A stretch of 64,000 nucleotides of DNA from Candidatus Woesebacteria bacterium GW2011_GWB1_39_10 (lineage in GTDB: Bacteria > Patescibacteriota > Microgenomatia > UBA8517): assembly GCA_000993205.1 (NCBI GenBank), contig LBVU01000003.1, forward strand, positions 21,820 to 85,819, in the 5' to 3' direction. Made by a program: the position numbers and the translations under genes. Positions 56,149-64,000 of this stretch are shown one piece after another (within the stretch, counting starts at the first letter, position 1; every line of letters begins with the position of its first letter). The notes under the pieces are model-generated. The model did not search any database, was not told the DNA's origin, and saw only the letters and a program-made list of their open reading frames with translations.

Positions 56149-57129
56149 CTATTTCCCTAAATATTTAGCAACGTTTGCGTTATGCTCTTGAAGTGTTCTT
56201 GCATAGTGAATCACTCCACTTGTATCGTGTATATAGTACCAATGGTCTGTTTGGGTGGGATTAAAGGCCGCTGTGAGGGAAGAAATTCCCGGACTTGCGA
56301 TCGGAGCGGGAGGAAGTCCTGTAAATTTATAGGTATTAAAAGGTGAGTCAATTGAAAGATCATCCCTCAAAAGAGGTTCCCACCATTTGTCCAGTAATTT
56401 TAAATTATTAATTTTAAATTTTAAATTCGCTACGGCATACTGTAGCGTTGCGTCCACCTGCAAGGGCATTCCCGCCTTAATTCTATTCAACATTATCCCC
56501 GCAACAATTGGCCGCTCTGCACTGGTTTTAGTTTCCCTTTCGATAATTGAGGCCAAAACAATTCTTTGATTAAATGTTAAATCTGCTCCGGCAACGAGGT
56601 CAGATGTTTTGGAATCAAAAGTTCTCGTCATTTTGTTTACAATAGAAGATGCACTTGCGTCTTTGGAAAAAAGATAGGTGTCGGGGAAAAGCGTACCTTC
56701 TTTACCTTTTGAGGATTGCAAGAACTCATTTGTAAAAGTAACATCCCGATCGAGTCCTGTTGTAAACCGCGCGGCAATTTCTTCACGTCTAAGCCCCTCA
56801 GGAATTGTAACCCAAAGCTCGAGTGGTCCACGGGTTAATTGACTGACTATTTGGAATAAAGACATGGAGTTACTTAACCTATATTCACCGGAGAGGATTC
56901 TACTCTCTTGTCCAGCGGATCTCACATAAATTTTAAACGCGAGGGCGCTTTTAATAAATCCGGTCTTTTGAAGATTTGTTCCTATTTGAGAAGCTGATGC
57001 ACCTTTTTGAATCAAGAAATTTTTAAAAGTTTTATTGGTGCCAGCCGGTTGAACACTAACATAAAACCAGATTATAACCGCTGATACGAGTAAGATTAGG
57101 GCCAGGGGTAAAAAAAATAACTTCTTCAT
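56149..57129 (-). CDS. mltG: Endolytic transglycosylase MltG
   Basis: TIPEG, EGTLFPDTY, LASIIERE, LQVDAT and GLPPAPIASPG motifs. Confidence 0.95.
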   Translation of the reverse strand: MKKLFFLPLALILLVSAVIIWFYVSVQPAGTNKTFKNFLIQKGASASQIGTNLQKTGFIKSALAFKIYVRSAGQESRILSGEYRLSNSMSLFQIVSQLTRGPLELWVTIPEGLRREEIAARFTTGLDRDVTFTNEFLQSSKGKEGTLFPDTYLFSKDASASSIVNKMTRTFDSKTSDLVAGADLTFNQRIVLASIIERETKTSAERPIVAGIMLNRIKAGMPLQVDATLQYAVANLKFKINNLKLLDKWWEPLLRDDLSIDSPFNTYKFTGLPPAPIASPGISSLTAAFNPTQTDHWYYIHDTSGVIHYARTLQEHNANVAKYLGK

Positions 57130-57154
57130 GAAGGTTTAGTATACCAAATTTTAC

Positions 57155-57349
57155 TCAGACCTCATTCAGAAGAGCTCTTCTATATTTATTGTCTTTTTTA
57201 ATAAAGATTCTGCCGCATTTTTTACACGTCACCTGTTCCCCCGCATTTGTTGTTTTGCTGGTTCCATCTGTTAGATTTGTTCCACAACCAACACACCTTC
57301 CCTGAGAAAGTAACCAAGCCTGCATCGGAGCTATTACACTTTTGAACAT
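57155..57349 (-). CDS. Small zinc-ribbon protein
   Basis: CVGC and CKKC motifs; promoter TTGACT..TGCTATACT immediately upstream. Confidence 0.75.
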   Translation of the reverse strand: MFKSVIAPMQAWLLSQGRCVGCGTNLTDGTSKTTNAGEQVTCKKCGRIFIKKDNKYRRALLNEV

Positions 57350-57395
57350 CTATCTAAAGTATAGCATGGGAAACAGGAAGTCAACCTACTAAAAG

Positions 57396-57423
57396 TCCTG
57401 AGCGAGTGTAGCGAGTCGAAGGA
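57396..57423. repeat. Family A palindrome variant (reverse orientation, expanded loop)
   Basis: gtcctgagcgagtgtagcgagtcgaagga. Confidence 0.75.
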
Positions 57424-57528
57424 AAACAAACCGGGCCCTGAAGGTATAGTAAAAAATACCCCCAGGGCCCAAGACTCAAATTTCTAAAGAGAGATTACTC
57501 TTGAAGTTGTACGAAATTCTTAGTGGAG

Positions 57529-57936
57529 TCAAGTTCTTTTGCCACTTTCCAAATAATTCTGAAGCATTATAGAGGCGGCGAAGGCGTCTTCCATCCCGCG
57601 GGCTTTTTTGCGGGACATTCCGGCCTCTCTACTCAACTTTTGAGCATCCTGTGAGGTCAGAGTTTCATCGAAAAACTCAAATGGAAGAGCGAAAAGCGAA
57701 GAGTGGAGAGTTTCTGCAAATTTTTTTGATTCTTCACCCATTTCTCCCTCCGAAATACCAACTACAACTTTGTCTACTTGCTTGTCCGCCGAAGCCTCGG
57801 CGAAGGCAGATGATACTTTTTCGATAGCGTCCTCAAAACTTTTTACACGAATAACTTTCCAAGGCTCGGCAAAATCTCCTTCTGCAATTGCCAATCCCAC
57901 TTTTGCCCTTCCGTAGTCAATTCCTAATATTTTCAT
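57529..57936 (-). CDS. ruvX: RuvX/YqgF family nuclease with two repeat-derived segments
   Basis: ILGIDYG, DETLTS and DAFAASIMLQ motifs. Confidence 0.92.
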   Translation of the reverse strand: MKILGIDYGRAKVGLAIAEGDFAEPWKVIRVKSFEDAIEKVSSAFAEASADKQVDKVVVGISEGEMGEESKKFAETLHSSLFALPFEFFDETLTSQDAQKLSREAGMSRKKARGMEDAFAASIMLQNYLESGKRT

Positions 57937-58613
57937 TGTGGTGGAACTACTCTTGCCCTTACAATCAATCTCCTTGACAATGTCGGGTCCCCTGGTGGCA
58001 CACAAGTTACAAGAGTCAAAAATGAATCGCTTGAATCCTGATCCAGAACTTGAATGTCGGTAGGCTTAACCTCAAACATTGTTTCAACCCGATACTTGTA
58101 TGAAATTCCGTCGTAATTAACGTCTATCTCATCTCCAATCCTTAACGTTGGAAGCATGGAAAAAATAGCAAGATAATTTTTGGGGTTATAAAAGATGGGG
58201 AGGATTGAATGACCAAAAAGTACGGAGTTGCCCCTTTTACCGGGAAGTGCAGTACCCGGGTATTGAATAATATGTTGGCTCAAATCCTCTCCTCCGATTG
58301 CTACGGTTGCATCTATAACCTTAATTTTAGGAATAGAAATTGTATAATACTCAACTTTTGAATTGGTAAAGTCGGATTTTTCTGCACCCCCCGTAAACCA
58401 GTTGCTCGCCTGAGTGTAATCAACTGTCCCTGTTGTACTGGCTCCTGCAACCACACTACCGGCTGTATCGGAAACCGGGGAAACTATTTTTTGAAAGTTT
58501 TTGGAGTAGGTTGAATCATAAGCAACTATTGGGTAGATCACCCCAATCAAAATTATTACTCCCGATATTCCGGAAACAATTGCCGCGATACGTAATATTG
58601 TTTTTTGAGACAT
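57933..58613 (-). CDS. Sortase
   Basis: N-terminal TM helix; FGHS, LTLVTC and RLIVRA catalytic motifs. Confidence 0.92.
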   Translation of the reverse strand: MSQKTILRIAAIVSGISGVIILIGVIYPIVAYDSTYSKNFQKIVSPVSDTAGSVVAGASTTGTVDYTQASNWFTGGAEKSDFTNSKVEYYTISIPKIKVIDATVAIGGEDLSQHIIQYPGTALPGKRGNSVLFGHSILPIFYNPKNYLAIFSMLPTLRIGDEIDVNYDGISYKYRVETMFEVKPTDIQVLDQDSSDSFLTLVTCVPPGDPTLSRRLIVRARVVPPQ

Positions 58614-58657
58614 AATAACTTAGATAACATTTTAACTTTTAACTTTTGAATTTACTA

Positions 58658-60781
58658 TCACCTATCGGCCACAACTTCTATTTTTATATTTTTTAGAACC
58701 CTGGGTATTACTCCAAAGGCTCCAGGAAAATGAGGGTCTAAGGTTATATCTGCCCTGGAAAATCCCGGAATTGATGTTAAATAATTTTCCGTTATCCGTG
58801 GAGTCCTACCGGAAATTTGTTTTGCTATCGAATCAGTATTTACTTGAGGTAAAAAATTGGCATTTATTGCAACTTTATAAATGAAGTTGTCGTCTTTTTG
58901 TGAAATAAATGTAAATTTAAAATCGATCTGTGAGTCCCTAAGAACAAAGCCCGGCGGAACTTTGTTTTTTAATATATTGCGTGCATATTCTAAAAGCTTC
59001 TGTTTATCGACAGCAATTGTCGCAAGAGACAAAGACAGAGACAGTTTCAAACTATCGGCCGCATCCCCCACTTTATGATCAAAGTTTTCCGAAGAAATAT
59101 CTATCTCCGCAAGATCGTCTACAGAAATTTGGCCGTCGGCAACTTTAGTTGAAAGCTCCACCTTGCCTTTTGCTGTTAGTTCTTCTTTCAGTTGAGACTT
59201 AAGGGCATCCTGATCGTCCTTGCTTACTGCCGCTATCTGCTGGCTATTTCCTCCGGAAAAGTCCCCTGTCGAAGTTCCTGCAACCAAAGACTTTGAAAAA
59301 TTTCCAACTTTAAACACTTCGCCTTTGGGTAAATTGTATTGCGCTCCAATATCAAAGGCTGTAACATCTGCCGCAGCGGTTCCAGGAGAACCTGGTAAAA
59401 GTTGAGAAGAAACAGAAGCTTCACTATTGGTAACAAACTTAAGTCCTCCGGAAGATAGAAGTATTGTACCAGCCGCCAAATCAATCGGACTGCTATTGCC
59501 ATTTGCAATTTGAACTGTTCCTTTTGCCTTATCTCCAATCAATTTAAAACCGGAGGTTGCTTTTGTTTTTTCCGATGAAACTTGAGCTGTTATTTTACTG
59601 GCAGGAACAGTGCCGGTTCCCACATCTGTTTGTCCGCCGACATTAAATGTTATTTCAGATTCTTCCTGAAAAGTTTTTGGCGTAACGTAAATTGTCACGA
59701 GCGCTTTAGGGAAAAACCACCATCCCAAACCCAAAATCAAAAAGAGAGCTATCACGAATATCCCCACAATCGTAACAAATCTTCCGGAAGGAACTGACGA
59801 CTTATGGAAAAGGTTTTTTGTTTTCTTGATATAATCTCCTATCCCTCGCCTTTCATGTATTTGGGGTTGGGGCAATGGAATCTCCGGGGTTGTGTTAAGA
59901 GAAACATCTTGCCCTGTTGAAAAACCCAAAGCCTCGGGAGTAAGTTCTTCTTCGGGGGGAACCACATTGCTTTCTTCTTTATTTTCTTCCAACGCGGGTG
60001 TCGTAGTTTCAACTTCAGATTTGATTTGAGACACTTGACCTATTTCGCTCGCTCCCGCAAGACTTGTTGCTAATATCTTCCTATCTGAAGTTAGAGTTTC
60101 AATTTTTGGCGCATGTAAAAATTTAATTTTACCTTCTTCCACCCATGAAGCCTGCAATATGGTTTCTTTCGCTTCATCGAGTTCCCCTCCTTTGCCATCA
60201 AAAATTATGAATCTGGAAGGCAGGGGGGAAGCCCCATTAAATCTAGATAGTCCTTCTGTGATGTCCTCGATTAATGAAACACTTCTGGCAACCGAGGTTG
60301 AACCAACCAAGTTCCCCAGTTTAAAAACCGAAATCTCCAAAAATCCACTACCCAGCCCCACAATAATGGCATTAACAGGAGACCCTTCCTCGGATTTGTA
60401 AAAATGAGCGATGGCTTCATTGATGACAACAAAACCTACGGGGTTTAAAGATAAATCTGCACAAATCTTTTTAATTTTTTCTAAATGCTCTTCTGCTATC
60501 TCTCCGCCCTTTACCCATGCCGACGGAACCCCAAAAACAGTTTTTGACGGCTCCGGATAATTTTCGGGAAGTTTTTGCATCGTGGAAGATAGCGCCGCGT
60601 CAGCCGCCCCCACCAATTCTTCATCAACCTCCCAGGCAGCTCCCGGGCCAATATTAACCATATTGGCAGCTTCACCCTCCACATACCAAATACCTGCCTG
60701 CACCCATCCCGGTTCAAGTACAACCGACCAGAAAAGTTCGGGTGGTTTGTTGCGTACGTTCAAAAAATCTTTTAAATTCAT
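58658..60781 (-). CDS. Membrane protein with FtsA/actin-like N-terminal part, TM helix and baseplate J/gp47-like extracellular part
   Basis: TVFGVP..WV; central TM helix; AKGTVQI.N...L.AGT.L...GLKF, G..YN and FSGG patterns. Confidence 0.6.
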   Translation of the reverse strand: MNLKDFLNVRNKPPELFWSVVLEPGWVQAGIWYVEGEAANMVNIGPGAAWEVDEELVGAADAALSSTMQKLPENYPEPSKTVFGVPSAWVKGGEIAEEHLEKIKKICADLSLNPVGFVVINEAIAHFYKSEEGSPVNAIIVGLGSGFLEISVFKLGNLVGSTSVARSVSLIEDITEGLSRFNGASPLPSRFIIFDGKGGELDEAKETILQASWVEEGKIKFLHAPKIETLTSDRKILATSLAGASEIGQVSQIKSEVETTTPALEENKEESNVVPPEEELTPEALGFSTGQDVSLNTTPEIPLPQPQIHERRGIGDYIKKTKNLFHKSSVPSGRFVTIVGIFVIALFLILGLGWWFFPKALVTIYVTPKTFQEESEITFNVGGQTDVGTGTVPASKITAQVSSEKTKATSGFKLIGDKAKGTVQIANGNSSPIDLAAGTILLSSGGLKFVTNSEASVSSQLLPGSPGTAAADVTAFDIGAQYNLPKGEVFKVGNFSKSLVAGTSTGDFSGGNSQQIAAVSKDDQDALKSQLKEELTAKGKVELSTKVADGQISVDDLAEIDISSENFDHKVGDAADSLKLSLSLSLATIAVDKQKLLEYARNILKNKVPPGFVLRDSQIDFKFTFISQKDDNFIYKVAINANFLPQVNTDSIAKQISGRTPRITENYLTSIPGFSRADITLDPHFPGAFGVIPRVLKNIKIEVVADR

Positions 60782-60782
60782 A

Positions 60783-60890
60783 AATATAATTAATAACTAA
60801 GAATTAATAACTAATAACTGAAGTGTTAAGCTCCCGTTGGTTTTTAATTTTGAGTTATGGTTATTAGATCTTAGTTTTAAGTTCTTAGTT
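60783..60890. repeat. Intergenic heptamer repeat with inverted half
   Basis: taataat taataac taagaat taataac taataac ... gttattag atcttagt tttaagt tcttagt. Confidence 0.75.
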
Positions 60891-62720
60891 AATTAGACTT
60901 GCATAGAGCCTAACAATTCCCGCTCCTATTTTCTCCTGCTTAATAATATTAACACCACCAACATCTTTTGTGTGTGTTACGTGTGGCCCACCGCATATCT
61001 CGCGCGAGAATGCGCGTCCTGAATTTATTTCAGGACCTGCCTTAGGACCTATTGAATATACCTTAACCCTTTCTCCATATTTCTCTGCAAAAAAGTGAAG
61101 GGCGCCTATTTTAATTGCTTCATCCAAACTCATTTCAGAAAAAGTCACAGTCAAATCTTCCTTTATTTTTTCATTGACCAAGCTTTCAACTTTTTTAATT
61201 TCATCGTCTGTTAATTTTTGCGGATAGGAAAAATCGAAGCGCAATCTTTCGCCTGTTATATGGCTTCCTTTTTGACCAACGTGTTCACCTAAAATCTTGC
61301 GTAGGGCGGCATGAAGTAAATGTGTTGCTGTATGGAGTTTGGTTATATTTTCGTCTGATTTATTTTCCAATCCTCCTTTAAAAATTCCGGCTGACATGCT
61401 GCGACTGTTTTCTTTGTGTTTTTCAAATTCACTCTCGAATAAATTTTTCTCTTCGGTGGAAAAATTCATACCATTCTGCGACAAAATTTCCATGGTAAGT
61501 TCCAGCGGAAATCCATCATTCTGATAAAGATCGAAGGCAACTTTACCGTCGATTTTTATTCCATCAGATACTGCATGGGTTAACTTGGCCAAGCCTCGTT
61601 TTAGAGCCGACTCAAATCTCGTTGCTTCTAAATTTAAGTTCTCCTCTATAAAGCTCCAATTTTTATCCACGCTTGGATAATGATTCCTCAAGTCTTCTGC
61701 GATATGGGAAACAGAAGAACCTGAAATTCCGCTTCCTAAAAGGTGTATATGAAACATTGCCCGTCTTATAAGCCTTCTTAACGCGTAACCGTGAAGTTTG
61801 TTTCCAGGAAGAATCCCTTCCGCGAGTAAACTGCAGCTTGTCCTAAGGTGGTCCGCAACAATTCTAAAATCACGGTCTTTTTTGGAATCGGTCCCGTAAT
61901 TCACACCAATTTCAGTCTCAATTTTTTTGATAATCCCGGTAAACATATCAATTTGAAAAACATCAGGGTCGTTATTTAGTGCAGCTGCAATACGTTCCAG
62001 ACCACCTCCAAAATCAACATTTTTCTGGGGTAATGCGACCAAACCACCGTATTCTTCTTTTTTGTAGCACATAAAAACCGAGTTCCCAATTTCCAAAAAC
62101 TTTCCACAATCGCAATTTGGATGGCAGAACGAACCAAACTCTGGATTATGAGAAACTTCTTCAAAATCATAAAAAATTTCTGAAGTCGTTCCTCCAATCT
62201 CACCCGAGGGCATATTGGTAGGTAGCATCCCATTCCTTGCCCACCAATTTTTCTTAAGATCGTAATAGTGTATGTGGGTATCGTTAACACCAATTTTCTT
62301 CCAAATTTCATAAGATTCTGTATCTTTTGGAACAATATCGTTTCCCTCAAAAACACTTACGTATAATTTTTCTTTATCGAAGCCGATTTCTTTAGTTAAA
62401 AATTCCCAAACCCAAGATAGTTGATCTTCTTTAAAATAATCTCCAAAACTCCAATTACCTAACATTTCGAAGGATGACAAGTGACGATTGTCTGCCACCT
62501 CGTCCAAGTCTTGCATACGAATTGAGAGTTGTGAATCAACAAGTCTGGTTCCGAGAGGGTGTTTTTCACCCTTAAGATACGGTATCATTTGCTGCATTCC
62601 AGATGAGGTAAAAAGCGTAGTCGGGTCGTTTTCCAAAACAAGTGGGGATGGAACAGTTTCGACATGCCCTCTATCTGTAAAAAATTTTATGTATTTCTCA
62701 CGGATTTCTTTTGTCGTCAT
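60885..62720 (-). CDS. alaS: Alanine--tRNA ligase, short form without C-Ala
   Basis: LFTSSGM, FEMLGNWSFGDYFK, GLERI, HTATHLL and EICGGPH motifs. Confidence 0.96.
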   Translation of the reverse strand: MTTKEIREKYIKFFTDRGHVETVPSPLVLENDPTTLFTSSGMQQMIPYLKGEKHPLGTRLVDSQLSIRMQDLDEVADNRHLSSFEMLGNWSFGDYFKEDQLSWVWEFLTKEIGFDKEKLYVSVFEGNDIVPKDTESYEIWKKIGVNDTHIHYYDLKKNWWARNGMLPTNMPSGEIGGTTSEIFYDFEEVSHNPEFGSFCHPNCDCGKFLEIGNSVFMCYKKEEYGGLVALPQKNVDFGGGLERIAAALNNDPDVFQIDMFTGIIKKIETEIGVNYGTDSKKDRDFRIVADHLRTSCSLLAEGILPGNKLHGYALRRLIRRAMFHIHLLGSGISGSSVSHIAEDLRNHYPSVDKNWSFIEENLNLEATRFESALKRGLAKLTHAVSDGIKIDGKVAFDLYQNDGFPLELTMEILSQNGMNFSTEEKNLFESEFEKHKENSRSMSAGIFKGGLENKSDENITKLHTATHLLHAALRKILGEHVGQKGSHITGERLRFDFSYPQKLTDDEIKKVESLVNEKIKEDLTVTFSEMSLDEAIKIGALHFFAEKYGERVKVYSIGPKAGPEINSGRAFSREICGGPHVTHTKDVGGVNIIKQEKIGAGIVRLYASLIN

Positions 62721-62738
62721 GGCTAAAGTATAGCACCT

Positions 62739-62981
62739 TTAGCCACCGTGAGTTTCCAGCTTTTTGTTTTTATGAAGAAGTTCCAAAACAGAACTAAGAC
62801 GCTCCGGACGGATTAATCCTCCACCCAAGATCGCGTCTTCCAAAATAGAATTTAGACGTTTTATGGCACGCCTTAAATCGATAATAATTAACATCACCTG
62901 CACTCCAACAATAACCAAAAGTAAGGTCAAACTGACTACTACAACTATTAAAAGTGTTTGAATATTATCCACGTATAACAA
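62739..62981 (-). CDS. Small membrane protein (TM helix plus coiled coil)
   Basis: Hydrophobic N-terminus; start uncertain (GTG at 62972 possible). Confidence 0.7.
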   Translation of the reverse strand: MLYVDNIQTLLIVVVVSLTLLLVIVGVQVMLIIIDLRRAIKRLNSILEDAILGGGLIRPERLSSVLELLHKNKKLETHGG

Positions 62982-63090
62982 TTATCAAGTAACAATTAAC
63001 AATTTACAATGAGTTATCATTTTTACAATTTTTCAATTGATAATTGGTACCTGAAAATTTATTGAAAATTGAAAAGTGAAAATTGCTAAT
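62977..63090. repeat. Intergenic heptamer repeat with inverted half
   Basis: aacaatt atcaagt aacaatt aacaatt tacaatg ... attgaaa attgaaa agtgaaa attgcta. Confidence 0.75.
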
Positions 63091-63716
63091 TAATCTGGCC
63101 GTACTGTTATTGTGCGTCTAATCACTCTCTCTTTACCAGATCTTGAAATTGCTTGAATAACAATCTCTTTTGTATCGGGCACGACTGCAATACTTACAGA
63201 GAATTTTCCGTCATTATCAACTAAAACCGGTTGGTTGTTGATCGTTATTTTTACATCAACATCGGTATTGCCAAAGACTAATACATTTCCACCTACCACA
63301 GTTTGATTTTCTGCAGGACTATCTACCGTTAGAGCCGGGGGTGAAATAAATCTTATATATTGAAATGCTAGATAGCCAAATATCAAGACAAAAACCACTC
63401 CTACTCCAACAATGAAGGTCAATTTGGGACTCCAAGTAAACTTCCGGGATACGTCCGGTTTCGGGTTAATTCTCAAATTTTTAGGCGGATAGTCGCGTTT
63501 TAAAGTTGCAACGGCAATCCTCTCGTCAACCTCAAGAGTTCCGGCGATACTCTTTACAAAACCCAAAACCGTCGGGAAGGGTGGTAAATCTTCCCACCTT
63601 CCTTCTTCTATCAAGGAAATAAAATCTTTTTTAATTTTCGTTATTCCCTCCAGGTGATTAAGGGAATAATCTTTTCCTGCACGGGCATTTTTTAGAATTT
63701 GGCCAATAGTGTTCAT
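63090..63716 (-). CDS. RodZ-like HTH membrane protein with Ig-like C-terminus
   Basis: IGQILKNAR...TKIK..I..IEEG...LP...GFVKS pattern; TM helix; beta-rich tail; downstream of ftsK. Confidence 0.8.
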   Translation of the reverse strand: MNTIGQILKNARAGKDYSLNHLEGITKIKKDFISLIEEGRWEDLPPFPTVLGFVKSIAGTLEVDERIAVATLKRDYPPKNLRINPKPDVSRKFTWSPKLTFIVGVGVVFVLIFGYLAFQYIRFISPPALTVDSPAENQTVVGGNVLVFGNTDVDVKITINNQPVLVDNDGKFSVSIAVVPDTKEIVIQAISRSGKERVIRRTITVRPD

Positions 63717-63742
63717 GATGTCATAACTTAAAGAGGATTCTA

Positions 63743-64000
63743 TCACTCCGTTCCAGAATGACCAAAGGAAGCCAGGAATTCATCAGCATTTTGGACCAGC
63801 ACTTCTCTGGGCTTACTGCTTCCGTCCGAGACGGATATAACTCCAGCTGCTTCGAGTTGATCAACAATTCTGGCAGCCCTTGCGTATCCAATCGATAATC
63901 TTCTCTGAAGAAGCGAAGCCGACGCACGGTCGTATTGACAAACGACTTTGACAGCCTCCTTAAACAAATTATCTGTATCTCCCTCAACTCCAGGGACAGA
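63743..64000 (-). CDS. ftsK: DNA translocase FtsK, C-terminal gamma domain (partial)
   Basis: ASASLLQRRLSIGYARAARIVDQLE and KPREVL motifs. Confidence 0.95.
   Translation of the reverse strand, partial: SVPGVEGDTDNLFKEAVKVVCQYDRASASLLQRRLSIGYARAARIVDQLEAAGVISVSDGSSKPREVLVQNADEFLASFGHSGTE

Noticed and set aside
58658-60781. Prophage or tailocin
   Set aside because: No capsid, terminase, sheath, tube or integrase genes; all neighbours are housekeeping genes.
60885-62720. alaS as a pseudogene because of its short length
   Set aside because: The frame is continuous and the aminoacylation and editing motifs are intact.
1-64000. CRISPR array, retron, DGR or group II intron
   Set aside because: No regularly spaced 23-50 bp direct repeats with unique spacers, and no cas or reverse-transcriptase motifs.
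1-64000. Recoded TGA (genetic code 25)
   Set aside because: TGA ends conserved genes at the expected positions (rpmJ, rplB, rplP, secD).

Overview
Core-genome window of a Patescibacteria/CPR bacterium, most likely Microgenomates. The call rests on the missing rpmD/uL30 between rpsE and rplO, the shortened SecD, AlaS, uL2 and RNase P RNA, the scarcity of Shine-Dalgarno sites, and TGA used as stop (code 11). Most of the window is a minus-strand supercluster (rpoBC-rpsLG-fusA-tuf-S10-spc-alpha-rplM/rpsI). Around it are cca, secDF, nth, dtd, comM, pyrH, rnpB, miaA, an ABC-2 exporter, hup, rny, recX/recA, tRNA-Pro(GGG), mltG, ruvX, a sortase, alaS and the end of ftsK. No CRISPR array, prophage or reverse transcriptase is visible. 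The most striking signals are: (1) a small GIY-YIG nuclease gene bracketed by GTCA-tagged inverted repeats, with related short palindromes dispersed in r-protein gene spacers, in-frame in essential proteins and inside RNase P RNA; (2) an EF-G whose guanine-specificity motifs read NKLN (not NKxD) and GGDNR (not GSAx); (3) a TrpR-like gene flanked by a 28-bp palindrome that recurs 10 kb away; (4) antisense gene cassettes in the spc operon sharing a promoter whose (TGG)n spacer differs by one unit; (5) pervasive 7-, 8- and 9-bp degenerate tandem repeats; (6) many nearly leaderless genes alongside a few long structured leaders. All calls come from reading the sequence and recalling family motifs; no database search was run.
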